DNA of 63,252 nucleotides, counting the filler, from Licmophora abbreviata (taxonomy: Eukaryota), in the NCBI GenBank assembly GCA_900291995.1. It is 18 parts of 18 records of this genome, joined end to end, with 100 filler letters (N's around TTAATTAATTAA, not from the genome) between each part and the next. Parts side by side here need not be neighbours in the genome. Positions count along the whole stretch, not along the records: positions 1 to 1,952 come from OLMU01001831.1; positions 2,053 to 3,605 come from OLMU01001833.1; positions 3,706 to 5,557 come from OLMU01001835.1; positions 5,658 to 7,856 come from OLMU01001836.1; positions 7,957 to 11,123 come from OLMU01001837.1; 13 more parts are not named here. The stretch is one strand, 5' to 3'. Under the pieces are notes generated by a model. It searched no databases, was not told where the DNA came from, and saw only the letters and a program-made list of their open reading frames with translations. Made by a program: the position numbers and the translations under genes. Numbering within the stretch: the first letter of the stretch is position 1; each line of letters starts with the position of its first letter. This document shows positions 1 to 9,947 of the stretch, one piece after another.

Positions 1-585
1 GAGAATTACATCATGCAATTGCCGAGATTCGGCATGTTCCAATCCTCGGTCAGTTCGATCCGGATCTTGCAGGCCGATCAGGCGCATCAGGTCTGCTCAC
101 CCGACCAGTTCCGTCAACTGATCCATCTGGTCGCGGGCGTCATCTCGGAAACGATGCGGCGCGATAATTGTTTCTTCTCTTACCGTGGGGGCGGGTTGTT
201 CCTGTGCATCCAGAACGGTCGGGACAGCCTGTCGCGCGAGGATATCGAAAAGCCGCTGAACCGCCGGCTTCAGGTGGCGCTGGCGAAATTCCCGCGCAAT
301 GTGTCGTTGGAATTGACCGTCGGAAAACGGCATCCGCTGCGGTGGGTGACCAAGGCGGGCATCCTCAAAGTGTTGTTCAATCTGGCCCGCGACACCGAGG
401 ACGAAAGCACCCTGCCGCTGGTCGAAACGCAAAGGGACACGACGCTGGTCAATATCGAGAACCGCCGCCGCGAAAATCCGCCCGGCAGACAGCCCTACAA
501 ATCGATGCTGAACGAGTTTCTGGTCGAAGAAGAGCTGTCGCCCAATCAGCTTCGGAAGATGGTCAAGGGGCACAACGGCTCCTGA
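1..585 (+). CDS. Hypothetical protein, 5'-truncated by window edge; possible degenerate GGDEF-like domain
   Basis: Frame open from base 1 (ENYIMQLP...). FFSYRGGGLFLC resembles a degenerate RxGGDEF segment. Confidence 0.45.
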   Translation, partial: ENYIMQLPRFGMFQSSVSSIRILQADQAHQVCSPDQFRQLIHLVAGVISETMRRDNCFFSYRGGGLFLCIQNGRDSLSREDIEKPLNRRLQVALAKFPRNVSLELTVGKRHPLRWVTKAGILKVLFNLARDTEDESTLPLVETQRDTTLVNIENRRRENPPGRQPYKSMLNEFLVEEELSPNQLRKMVKGHNGS

Positions 586-687
586 CCGCCGCCGCCCGGG
601 ATGCGCTGCATTTGGTCCCATTCCATTTGCGCGCATTTCCTGTTCTTGTCGTGCTGACGCGTTCTGAACGACAAGGCGGATATTGCG

Positions 688-1952
688 ATGAACACCGATC
701 TTCCCGTGACCCGCGATCTGGTGCTGATCGGCGGAGGACATGCCCATGCCCTGATGCTGCGGCGCTGGGGCATGAAACCACTGCCCGGTGTGCGGCTTAC
801 GGTGATCGATCCGAATGTCAAAGCGCCCTATACCGGCATGTTGCCGGGGCATGTGGCCGGTCATTACCCGCGAGAGGCGCTGGATATAGATCTGCTGCGC
901 CTTGCGCAGTTCGCCGGGGCGCGGCTGGTGCAGGATCGCGCGGTGGGTCTGGACCGTGGCGCAAGGCTGGTGCAGCTCGAGCGGCGACCGGCGATCGCCT
1001 ATGACCATCTGTCCATTGATATCGGCATCTCGTCGGCGCCGCTGGAGATAACGGGCTTTGACCGGCACGGCATCGCCGCCAAGCCGCTTGGCCCGTTCGC
1101 CGAGGCCTGGGAGCGGTATGTCGCGGCGGTGGCGGGAAGCGGCGAGGTGCCGCGCGTGGCTCTGATCGGCGCGGGCGTGGGCGCGGTCGAGCTTGCGCTG
1201 GCGATGCACCACCGCTTGCGCGCTGTCGGCGCCGCGCGGCCCGAGATCACGTTGCTCGATGCAGGCAAGGCGCTGCAGGGCACGGCAGCGGGCACGCGCC
1301 GCGCGCTCTGGGAGGCGTTGTGGCAAGCCGGGATCAAGCTGCGCGAGCATGTGGATGTCGCGGCGGTTACGCCCGACGGGGTCAGGCTGGCCGATGGCAC
1401 GCTGATCGCGGCGCGTCTGGTGGTGGGGGCGGCAGGGGCGCGCCCCTGGGGCTGGCTTGCGCAAAGCGGCCTGCCGCTCAAGGACGGGTTCATCGAGGTG
1501 GATGAATGGCTGCGTGTGGTGGATGATCCGGCCATCTATGCGGTGGGCGACTGCGCCCATATCCGCCATGCGCCACGCCCCAAGGCGGGGGTCTATGCGG
1601 TGCGCGCCGCTCCCATCCTCACGCATAACCTGCGCGCCGACCTGACCGGGGCGCAGCGCCGCATCTTCAATCCGCAGGCCGATTTCCTGAAGCTCGTGTC
1701 ACTTGGCGGCAAGCGCGCCTTGGCCGACAGGGGCGGCGTCGGACTGTCCCTGCCGGGGCTGTGGCGCTGGAAGGACTGGATCGATCAGCGCTTCATGGAG
1801 AAGTTCCGCGATCTGCCCAACATGCCCGCCCCGGTCGTCCCGCAGGATGTGGCCAATGGCGTGCGCGCCGAGATGGCGGATCACCCGATGATCTGTGGCG
1901 GTTGCGGCGCCAAGGTGGGGCCGGGCGCCCTGAGCGGGATGATTGCCGAGCT
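688..1952 (+). CDS. selD: Selenide, water dikinase SelD with N-terminal FAD-dependent oxidoreductase domain; 3' part lost in gap
   Basis: LVLIGGGHAH and IGAGVGAVE Rossmann motifs, AVGDC, then the SelD start motif CGGCGAKVG just before the gap; next to selU. Confidence 0.9.
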
Positions 1953-2052
1953 NNNNNNNNNNNNNNNNNNNNNNNNNNNNNNNNNNNNNNNNNNNNTTAA
2001 TTAATTAANNNNNNNNNNNNNNNNNNNNNNNNNNNNNNNNNNNNNNNNNNNN
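1953..2052. other. Scaffolding linker, first of 17 (also at 3606, 5558, 7857, 11124, 15170, 17370, 21730, 29899, 33518, 40379, 45535, 49359, 51580, 53477, 56796, 61120)
   Basis: 100-nt N-run with central TTAATTAATTAA six-frame stop; assembly artefact. Confidence 0.98.
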
Positions 2053-3096
2053 CATCAGCGCCGCCTCGATCCGGGGCAGGGCGCGGAGCAGGGCTGCATC
2101 ATCCAGTTCGTCCACGGCGATGCGATGCGTTGTCGACACGTCGTTGCGCTGTCGGGCCTTGGCATAGGCCGGATCGTAATGCTCGGTAATCAGGGCATGG
2201 GCCAGATCGGTGAACGCGCCTTGTGCCGCCAGCCGCTGCCATGCATCCACAAGGGCGTGGCCGCGAATGGGCCGCAGCAGGTCGAGCTGATGACACAGCT
2301 GGTCGGGCGTTGCGCTGATATCGGCATAGGCGCTGGCCAGAAAGGCGGCACGCGCCGTTGAGGGCGCGCTGATCTCGACGCTTGGCGCCGCGCGCATCGC
2401 CTGCCAGAGCGATGGCGGCACGATCCTGTGCCCGACCTTGTTGGACTCGGCCTCGATCACCACAGGACGCTGCGGATCAAGCCCGGCAAGCGCTTGGGCC
2501 ACCCGGCTCTCGAAAAGCTTCTGTGTCGGCTGGCCGCCGGGCATGTCGCCCAAAGCCGAGCCGCGATGATTGGCCATACCTTCGAGATCGATCACCTGCC
2601 AGCCCCGTTCCGCGAGCAGCGCCAGAAGACGGGTCTTGGCCGTGCCGGTATTGCCGTCAAGCAGCACCGGCCTGAGGCCAAGCGGCTGCTCATAAAGCAT
2701 CTCGACGACAAGCCGGCGATAGGCACGGTAGCCGCCATCGAGAACCTGCACCCGCCAGCCGATTTGCTCCAGGATCGTGGCGAAAGCGCCCGAGCGCTGC
2801 CCGCCGCGCCAGCAATAGACCAGCGGTCGCCAGTTGCCCGGCTTGTCCGCCAATGGCCCCTCGAGATATCCCGCCACATTGCGCGCGACATGGGCCGCGC
2901 CGATCTTGCGCGCCTTGAAACGGTCTTCCTGAACGTAGATTGTGCCGACTTCCGCGCGTTGGGCATCGCTGAGCGAGGGCAGGTTGATCGCGCCGGGAAG
3001 GTGGTCTTCGGCGTATTCCGCAGGCGAGCGGGCATCGATGATCGTATCGACGCTCAGGTCGCGCAGGGCGCAAAGGTCGGGCAATTCGACTTTCAT
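2053..3096 (-). CDS. selU: tRNA 2-selenouridine(34) synthase MnmH/SelU; last codons in gap
   Basis: Rhodanese domain (IDARSPAEY, YCWRGGQRS), P-loop GNTGTAKT, DLEGMANHRGS, EHYDPAY. Confidence 0.93.
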
Positions 3097-3318
3097 GTCC
3101 CGCATCTAGGCCAATCCGTCCGCCTGCGCCAGATGGCAGCTGCGTTGCGGGCGCGTTTCGGGGCATGGAAAACGCGCTCCGTCGCCATCGATTTCAAGCC
3201 ATGGTCCAGATGCGCGGCAACCAGATTCTCTGATCGGTCTGATATTGGTGGTGATTGGGCCAATAGTGGACCACATCTACAGGAAAATCGATTCATAAAG
3301 CGATGCAAAATTGCGCAA

Positions 3319-3335
3319 TGCCCCTTATTTTTGCA
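3319..3335. promoter_or_regulatory. Candidate NtrC-type site upstream of amt
   Basis: TGCCCCTTATTTTTGCA matches TGC-N11-GCA with an AT-rich core; related half-sites at about 3304 and 3332. Confidence 0.35.
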
Positions 3336-3705
3336 TAAAATAGTGCCAGAGCCGAGATTTTCTTTTCAGGCGATGCTGACTTTGACTGACGCGGCGCGGC
3401 CTTTTGCAGCCGGTTCCCCGAGCGTTCAAAATGCCGGAATTTCAATGAAAAGGCAAAGGCTTACCTAGCGTCAAACGCTGCGGCACCACCGCGCAGTCCT
3501 GCCCTGAAAACACCCCATGCAGGACGGTCGCTCGGTGCTTTGGGGTCAAGAAAGTTCTTTGGGCAGACCGATTCAGGCGCTTGACTTTTCATGCTGCCGA
3601 TAACGNNNNNNNNNNNNNNNNNNNNNNNNNNNNNNNNNNNNNNNNNNNNTTAATTAATTAANNNNNNNNNNNNNNNNNNNNNNNNNNNNNNNNNNNNNNN
3701 NNNNN

Positions 3706-4500
3706 GCGGGTCTGGTCCATGCGGTCGCGGGCTTCTTCGCGCTTGGTGTGCTGATCAATCTTGGTCCGCGCGTCGGCAAGTTCAACGCAGACGGCACAGC
3801 GAACCACATTCCCGGTCACAACCTGCCGCTGACGGCGATGGGCCTGATGCTCATCATCGTCGGCTTCTGGGGCTTCCTGATGGCCTGTGTGGTCGTCGGC
3901 GGCGAGGCATGGTCCTGGGGCGCGAATTTCGCCACGATCTATGGCACGCCGACCAATCTTGGCGCGCTGAGCTTCAACATCCTGATGTCGGTGGCCGGTG
4001 GCATTATCGGCGCATGGCTTGGCACGCGCGATCCGTTCTGGATGATGTCGGGCGCTCTGGCCGGGATCATCTCGGTGGCGTCGGGTCTCGACATCTACTG
4101 GCCGGCGCTGGCCTTCATCATCGCCTTCGGTGCGGGTCTGATCCTCAAGCCTGCGGCGACCTTCCTCGAGAAGTTCGGGATCGACGATGCGGTGGGGGCC
4201 GTCACGGTGCACGGCACGGTCGGGATCTATGGCCTCGTGATGCTCGGCATCTTCGGCACAGGCTATCCCGCATTGCTGGGCGAAGGCGCGCCGACCATCA
4301 GCCTCGTGGGTCAGATCGTGGGAGCTGTCGTGTTCATCGCGATCGGGCTTGTTACAGGATATGTGAGCGCGTTGATCCTGAAGATCGTGGGTATGCTTCG
4401 GGTGCCTGAAGCTGCTGAAATCGCCGGTCTGGACACCGTCAAGGTGCCCGCACAGGCCTATCCCGAAGGGATCGCCGCGTCACCGCCGGCGGCCAGCTGA
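3706..4500 (+). CDS. amt: Ammonium transporter (Amt family), 5' half lost in gap
   Basis: GLVHAVAG...LGPRVGKF, PGHN, GIDDAVGAVTVHG (twin-His signature); many TM helices. Confidence 0.88.
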   Translation, partial: AGLVHAVAGFFALGVLINLGPRVGKFNADGTANHIPGHNLPLTAMGLMLIIVGFWGFLMACVVVGGEAWSWGANFATIYGTPTNLGALSFNILMSVAGGIIGAWLGTRDPFWMMSGALAGIISVASGLDIYWPALAFIIAFGAGLILKPAATFLEKFGIDDAVGAVTVHGTVGIYGLVMLGIFGTGYPALLGEGAPTISLVGQIVGAVVFIAIGLVTGYVSALILKIVGMLRVPEAAEIAGLDTVKVPAQAYPEGIAASPPAAS

Positions 4501-4518
4501 ACAAGGAGGAACTGACAT

Positions 4519-4689
4519 ATGGGATATCCATTCGACACACCGACATGGGACGCGGCAAGCGGCGCGATCTTCATGGGCGCAGGTGGCGCTTTGCCGGGCC
4601 TGTTCACGCTGATCGCGATCGTGGTCTGTGTGCTTGCGCTGGCGCTTGGCCAGGCCAAGGAAGCGGCCAAATACAAGAACCACAAGTAA
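4519..4689 (+). CDS. 56-aa single-TM small protein downstream of amt (not in ORF track)
   Basis: RBS AAGGAGG at 4503-4509; MGYPFDTPTWDAASGAIFMGAGGALPGLFTLIAIVVCVLALALGQAKEAAKYKNHK*; followed by a terminator. Confidence 0.8.
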   Translation: MGYPFDTPTWDAASGAIFMGAGGALPGLFTLIAIVVCVLALALGQAKEAAKYKNHK

Positions 4690-4709
4690 GACCCATCCGG
4701 TCTTTCACG

Positions 4710-4742
4710 CATCCCCGCCGCGAAAGCGGCGGGGATGTTTTG
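4710..4742 (+). terminator. Intrinsic terminator of amt-small protein unit
   Basis: CATCCCCGCCGC-GAAA-GCGGCGGGGATG followed by TTTT. Confidence 0.85.
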
Positions 4743-4859
4743 TTGTCCGGCGATGCTTGCATCAGGGCGTCCTTGGCGTGCTGTCTTGTCAAACCCTGCG
4801 TTTATGTGCCCGATACAAGATAGGCGCCTGTCTTGGCGCACAGTTTTCACGAGGCCCAG

Positions 4860-6253
4860 ATGACGTTCGATTTTCTTGACCGTGCGACCCTGTCCGAGCC
4901 TTTGTATCTGAGCCTTGCCGCCGCCATCGAGCGCGAGATCCGCGAGGGGAGGCTGCCTGCCGGGGCAAAGGTGCCGACGCATCGCGCGGTCGCGGCCGAG
5001 CTTGGCATCAGTGTGCAGACCGTCGGCAAGGCCTATGACCGGCTGCGCCAGCACAATCTGATCGAAGGCCATGTCGGGCGCGGCACTTTCGTGGTCGATC
5101 AGGCAATGCAGGACCGCCCGCCCTATGCGCTCAGACCCGTGCAGGCGCAGGTCTGCGATCTGGCGCTGTCGCGCCCTTTGTTCGATGAACGCCACGACAT
5201 CGCCATGCGGCGCACCCTGCGCGAGATGGCCGACAAGGCCGATCCCGCGACGATCCTGTCCTGCCGGCCCAATCAGGGCCAGCTTGACCATCGCGAGGCG
5301 GGGGTGCTCTGGCTGTCGGGTCTGGGTCTGGAAACCGATGCGGACCGGGTCATCCTGACCAATGGCGTGACGCATGGCATGGCGGCGGCCCTGTCTGCGG
5401 TCACCACGCCGGGCGATGTGGTGCTGGCGGATGCGGTGACCCATCATCTGGTGATATCGTTCTGCCGCTACCTGGGGCTGACCCTGATCGGAGTGGCCGG
5501 TGACGGGCAGGGAATGCTGCCCGACGCGCTGGATCAGGCGTGCCGCACGCATGGGCCNNNNNNNNNNNNNNNNNNNNNNNNNNNNNNNNNNNNNNNNNNN
5601 NTTAATTAATTAANNNNNNNNNNNNNNNNNNNNNNNNNNNNNNNNNNNNNNNNNNNNTGGTGATCGTGGAAAACGACGCCTATGCGCCGATTTTGGCAGG
5701 CGGTCCGGCGCCGATCACGGCGCTGGCGCCCGAGCGCGGCATTTACCTCACGACCTTCACCAAATGCACGGTCTCGGGTTTGCGGGCGGGCTACATGGTC
5801 GGCCCGGCGCATCTTCAATCGGCGCTGCTGAGCCGCTTGCTGGTGTTTTCATGGGCCGCCACGCCGCTTGTCTGCGAGATTGCCGCGCGTTGGGTGCGCG
5901 ATGGCACCGCCGCCGAACTGGCGCAGTGGCAGCGCGACCGGCTGGCCGAGAGGTTCGATATCGTCCGCGCCGTTCTGGGGCCGCATGACATCGAGGGGCA
6001 TCCCGGCGGGCTGCATTACTGGCTGCCTTTGCCCAAGGGCTGGGATGCCCGGGATTTCGTCCGTCTGGCCCGCGATCAGGACATCGCGCTGGCCCCGGCG
6101 GGTCCGTTCCTGACGCCGCAGGCCCCGGCCCTCGACGCGGTGCGTATTTCCGTTGGTGGTGAGCCGGACGCGGCCCGGTTTCGTGGCGCGCTCGAGCGGC
6201 TTGCCGCATTGTTGAGCGCCCCGGCCGAAGGGGCTTATCCGGTCGGCTACTAA
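4860..6253 (+). CDS. enuR: MocR/GabR-family regulator (GntR HTH + PLP domain), EnuR/EhuR-like; spans gap
   Basis: GntR wHTH (LPAGAKVPTHRAVAAELGISVQTV), IVENDAY, PLP lysine in TTFTKCTVSGLRAGY; directly upstream of an ectoine TRAP system. Confidence 0.78.
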
Positions 6254-6254
6254 T

Positions 6255-6294
6255 AATGTAATGATACAATTAATGGTTTGACATGCATTACAAT
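6255..6294 (+). promoter_or_regulatory. Candidate EnuR operator overlapping a -35 box
   Basis: AATGT-N6-ACAAT near-inverted repeat (6255-6270), TTGACA (6278-6283) and a further ACAAT (6290-6294); multi-box layout typical of MocR regulators. Confidence 0.5.
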
Positions 6295-6340
6295 GACCCC
6301 CACGCTTTCGATACAAATGTTGAAACTAGGGAGCATTGTA

Positions 6341-7360
6341 ATGGCGAACTACATGACGAAAACCGCAGTGGCCGCCACTGCCGCGAGTGTCATGGCCATG
6401 ACCGCAAGCATGGCCAGCGCCGATACCTGGCGCTACGCGTTCGAAGAGGCCATCGACGAAGTGCAGGGCGTTTTCGCCCAGAAATTCAAGGAAGAGATTG
6501 AAGCCAATTCCGATCACACCGTGCAGCTTTTCCCCTATGGCACGCTCGGCGAATCCGCCGACACCATGGAACAGGCGCAGGCCGGCATTCTGCAATTCGT
6601 GGATCAAAGCCCGGGCTTCACCGGCTCGCTGATCCCCGAGGCACAGGTGTTCTTCGTGCCCTACCTCTTGCCACAGGATACCGAGGAATTGGGCGAGTTC
6701 TTCCGCACTTCCAAGGCCATCAACGAGATGTTCCCCGAGCTTTATGCCGAACAGGGGCTCGAGCTTCTGGTGATGTTCCCCGAAGGCGAGGTCTGCATGA
6801 CCACGCAAGAGCCTGTCAGCGGTCCGCCCGATCTCAACGAGGTGAAGTTCCGGGTGATGACCAACCCGCTTCTGGTGGAAAGCTACAAGGCCTTCGGCGC
6901 AACACCCACCCCGCTGCCTTGGGGCGAGGTCTATGGCGCGCTGCAGACCGGCATCATCCAGGGTCAGGAAAACCCGATGTTCTTCATCGAGTCGACCAAG
7001 ATGTACGAGGTGACCGAGGTCATCACCTGCGCGGGTCACAACAATTTCACCACCGCCGTGATGGCCAATCAGGATTTCTATGACGGCCTGTCCGAAGACG
7101 AGCAGCAGATGATCGACGACGCGATGGATGTCGCCTTCGAGCATATCATCGACTACCAGAAAGGGCTGCACGAAGAGAGCATCGAGAAGATCAAGGCGGC
7201 CAAGCCCGAGATGCAGGTCAATGTCCTGACCGAGGAAGAACGCGCGCCCTTCATCGAGGCGGCGGCGGATGTCGAAGCGACATTCCTCGAAATGACCGGC
7301 GAAAGCGGGGCTGCGATCCTCGAACAATTGAAAGCGGATCTCGACGCCGTGACCAACTGA
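6341..7360 (+). CDS. uehA: Ectoine/hydroxyectoine TRAP substrate-binding protein (UehA/TeaA)
   Basis: Signal peptide; DTWRYAFEE, GILQFVDQSPGFTGSLIPEAQ, FRVMTNPLL, PLPWGEVY, GQENP recalled from UehA/TeaA. Confidence 0.88.
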   Translation: MANYMTKTAVAATAASVMAMTASMASADTWRYAFEEAIDEVQGVFAQKFKEEIEANSDHTVQLFPYGTLGESADTMEQAQAGILQFVDQSPGFTGSLIPEAQVFFVPYLLPQDTEELGEFFRTSKAINEMFPELYAEQGLELLVMFPEGEVCMTTQEPVSGPPDLNEVKFRVMTNPLLVESYKAFGATPTPLPWGEVYGALQTGIIQGQENPMFFIESTKMYEVTEVITCAGHNNFTTAVMANQDFYDGLSEDEQQMIDDAMDVAFEHIIDYQKGLHEESIEKIKAAKPEMQVNVLTEEERAPFIEAAADVEATFLEMTGESGAAILEQLKADLDAVTN

Positions 7361-7435
7361 GCATGACGACCGGCGGCTGCGGCAGGGTCGTGGCCGCCGG
7401 ATATTTTCCAAGGGTCATTTGAGGACATTACGGGG

Positions 7436-8163
7436 ATGAGCGAGTCTCAGACGCAGTCGCAGACGGACACAACCTCTGCAGACGATGCGGCACTTGGCGA
7501 ATACCGCTCGACACTGCCGGGGGTGCTTGGCGGCATCGACAACACGATCGCCCGGATCGAGGCGGTGCTTCTGGCGGTGGGCGTCCTGCTGATGGCCGCC
7601 AACACGATCGCCAATGTGGTGGGGCGGTTCGTCTTTCAGAACAGCCTGTTCTTTTCCGAGGAACTGAACCGCATCCTGATTATCATGATAACCTTTGCCG
7701 GTATCAGCTATGCGGCGCGTCACGGGCGCCATATCCGCATGTCAGCGATCTATGACGCAATGCCGCCCCGACTGCGCAAGGTGATGATGATCGTGATCAC
7801 GCTGGTCACGGCCGTCTTCATGTTCGGGCTGTGCTGGTATGCCTTCAATTACATCANNNNNNNNNNNNNNNNNNNNNNNNNNNNNNNNNNNNNNNNNNNN
7901 TTAATTAATTAANNNNNNNNNNNNNNNNNNNNNNNNNNNNNNNNNNNNNNNNNNNNAATTACATCATGACACAGGCCGGGCGCGGGCGCGTGCTTCCCTC
8001 GCTTCAGATTCCCGTCTGGATCACGCTGGTCTGGGTTCCGGTCGGCTTTTTCATGACCGGCATGCAGTATCTGCTGACCGCCATCAAGAACATCCTCGAG
8101 AAGGATATCTTCCTCTCGACCGCCGTTCTGGAAGGCTATGACGAAGACGAGATGGAGGTCTGA
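7436..8163 (+). CDS. uehB: TRAP small permease (UehB/TeaB, DctQ); split by gap with overlapping flanks
   Basis: NVVGRF...[10 protein letters not shown]...HIRM DctQ motifs; AATTACATCA repeated on both sides of the gap. Confidence 0.85.
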
Positions 8164-8166
8164 CGG

Positions 8167-9453
8167 ATGGCGCTCACGATTTTCTCGATCATGATCGTCC
8201 TGCTTCTGCTGGGCTTTCCGATGATGATCCCGCTGATCGTCGGGGCCTTTGTCGGCTTCTACACCCTCTTCGGAGGCTTCAGCCAGCTTGAGACGATGGT
8301 GCAACAGATCATGGCGGGCATCCGGCCCGCCTCGTTGATCGCGGTGCCGATGTTCATTTTCGCCGCCGATATCATGACGCGCGGCCAGTCGGCCAACCGG
8401 CTGATCGACCTCGTGATGGCCTTCGTCGGTCACCTGAAGGGGGGCCTCGCGGTGTCCACGGCGGCGGCCTGCACGATGTTCGGCGCGGTCTCGGGCTCGA
8501 CCCAGGCCACGGTTGTGGCCATCGGCTCGCCCCTGCGACCCCGCATGCAGAAGGCCGGCTATAACGACAGTTTCATTCTGGCGCTGATCGTGAACGCGTC
8601 GGATATCGCGTTTCTCATCCCGCCGTCCATCGGGATGATCATCTATGGCGTTGTGTCAAACACCTCGATTGCCGAACTGTTCATCGCCGGGATCGGGCCG
8701 GGGCTGCTGATCCTGTTCCTCTTCTCGATCTATTCCTGGATTTATGCGGTCCGCAACAACGTCCCGACCGAGCCGAAATTCAGCTGGCCGGAACGCCTCA
8801 GCGCCGGGCGCAAGGCGCTCTGGCCCCTCGGGTTTCCGCTGATCATCATCGGCGGCATCTATGGCGGTATCTTCAGCCCGACCGAGGCGGCGGCGGCCTG
8901 CGTGCTCTATGCGCTCATCCTCGAGGTGGTGATCTTCCGCGAACTGGACCTCAAGGGGGTCTATGACACGGCGAAATCCACAGGTCTCATCACGGCGGTG
9001 GTGTTCATCCTCGTGGGCGTGGGAGCGGCATTTTCCTGGGTGATCTCGTTTGCACAAATCCCGCAGCAGATCCTTAGCGGGATCGGCATCGACCAGATGG
9101 ATCAGATCGGCGTGCTCTTCGTGATCTCCATCGCGTTTTTCGTGGGCTGCATGTTCGTCGATCCCATCGTGGTGATCCTCGTGCTGGTGCCGATCTTCGC
9201 GCCGGTGGTGGATCAGGTCGGGCTCGATCCTGTTCTGGTGGGCACGATCATCACGCTGCAGGTGGCCATCGGATCGGCCACTCCGCCCTTTGGCTGCGAT
9301 ATCTTCACCGCCATCGCCGTGTTCAAACGCCCCTACATGGAGGTGATCCGCGGCACGCCGCCCTTCATCTTCATTCTGCTGTCGGTCGCGGTGGCGCTGA
9401 TCTTCTTCCCGCAGATTGCGCTCTTCCTGCGCGATCTGGCCTTCGCGAAGTAG
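8167..9453 (+). CDS. uehC: TRAP large permease (UehC/TeaC, DctM)
   Basis: LIAVPMFIFA, FGAVSGS, LIPPSIGMI, GIFSPTEA, TPPFG. Confidence 0.9.
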   Translation: MALTIFSIMIVLLLLGFPMMIPLIVGAFVGFYTLFGGFSQLETMVQQIMAGIRPASLIAVPMFIFAADIMTRGQSANRLIDLVMAFVGHLKGGLAVSTAAACTMFGAVSGSTQATVVAIGSPLRPRMQKAGYNDSFILALIVNASDIAFLIPPSIGMIIYGVVSNTSIAELFIAGIGPGLLILFLFSIYSWIYAVRNNVPTEPKFSWPERLSAGRKALWPLGFPLIIIGGIYGGIFSPTEAAAACVLYALILEVVIFRELDLKGVYDTAKSTGLITAVVFILVGVGAAFSWVISFAQIPQQILSGIGIDQMDQIGVLFVISIAFFVGCMFVDPIVVILVLVPIFAPVVDQVGLDPVLVGTIITLQVAIGSATPPFGCDIFTAIAVFKRPYMEVIRGTPPFIFILLSVAVALIFFPQIALFLRDLAFAK

Positions 9454-9466
9454 TCAGGAGAGACGG

Positions 9467-9913
9467 ATGTTCAAATCTATTCTTGTGCCGTTCGACGGCT
9501 CGCCCAATGCCGAGAAAGCCCTCGAAACCGCGTTGGAACTGTCGCAGGCCTGCAGTGGCGGCGACATCAAGATCACGATCCTGACGGTCTATCGGCACCA
9601 TTCGATGCTCGAGGCGTCCCTGTCGATGGTGCGCCCCGACGATCCCGGCAATCTCGATGACATCATGCGCGCCCACGCCAAGGAAGTGGCCGAATACGCC
9701 AAGACCCTCGCGCATAACGCGGGCCGCACCGATGTGCGCGCTTTCGTGAAATCCGGCCCTGCCTCGCGCACCATCGTGAAATTCGCGCAAGAGCACGGGA
9801 TGGATCTGATCGTGATCGGCAGCCGTGGCATGGGCTCGGTCGAAGGCTATCTTCTGGGCAGCGTGTCCCACAAGGTCACGGGTATTTCGACCGTCCCTGT
9901 ACTGGTGGTCTGA
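9467..9913 (+). CDS. Universal stress protein (TeaD-like)
   Basis: MFKSILVPFDGS, IVIGSRG...GSVS motif; RBS AGGAG; same position as teaD/usp. Confidence 0.9.
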   Translation: MFKSILVPFDGSPNAEKALETALELSQACSGGDIKITILTVYRHHSMLEASLSMVRPDDPGNLDDIMRAHAKEVAEYAKTLAHNAGRTDVRAFVKSGPASRTIVKFAQEHGMDLIVIGSRGMGSVEGYLLGSVSHKVTGISTVPVLVV

Positions 9914-9915
9914 GC

Positions 9916-9941
9916 GCTGCGCCCCGCCAAGGGGGCGCAGC
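9916..9941. terminator. Hairpin between convergent usp and RND permease
   Basis: GCTGCGCCCC-N6-GGGGCGCAGC; no U-tract. Confidence 0.5.
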
Positions 9942-9947
9942 CCCGGA

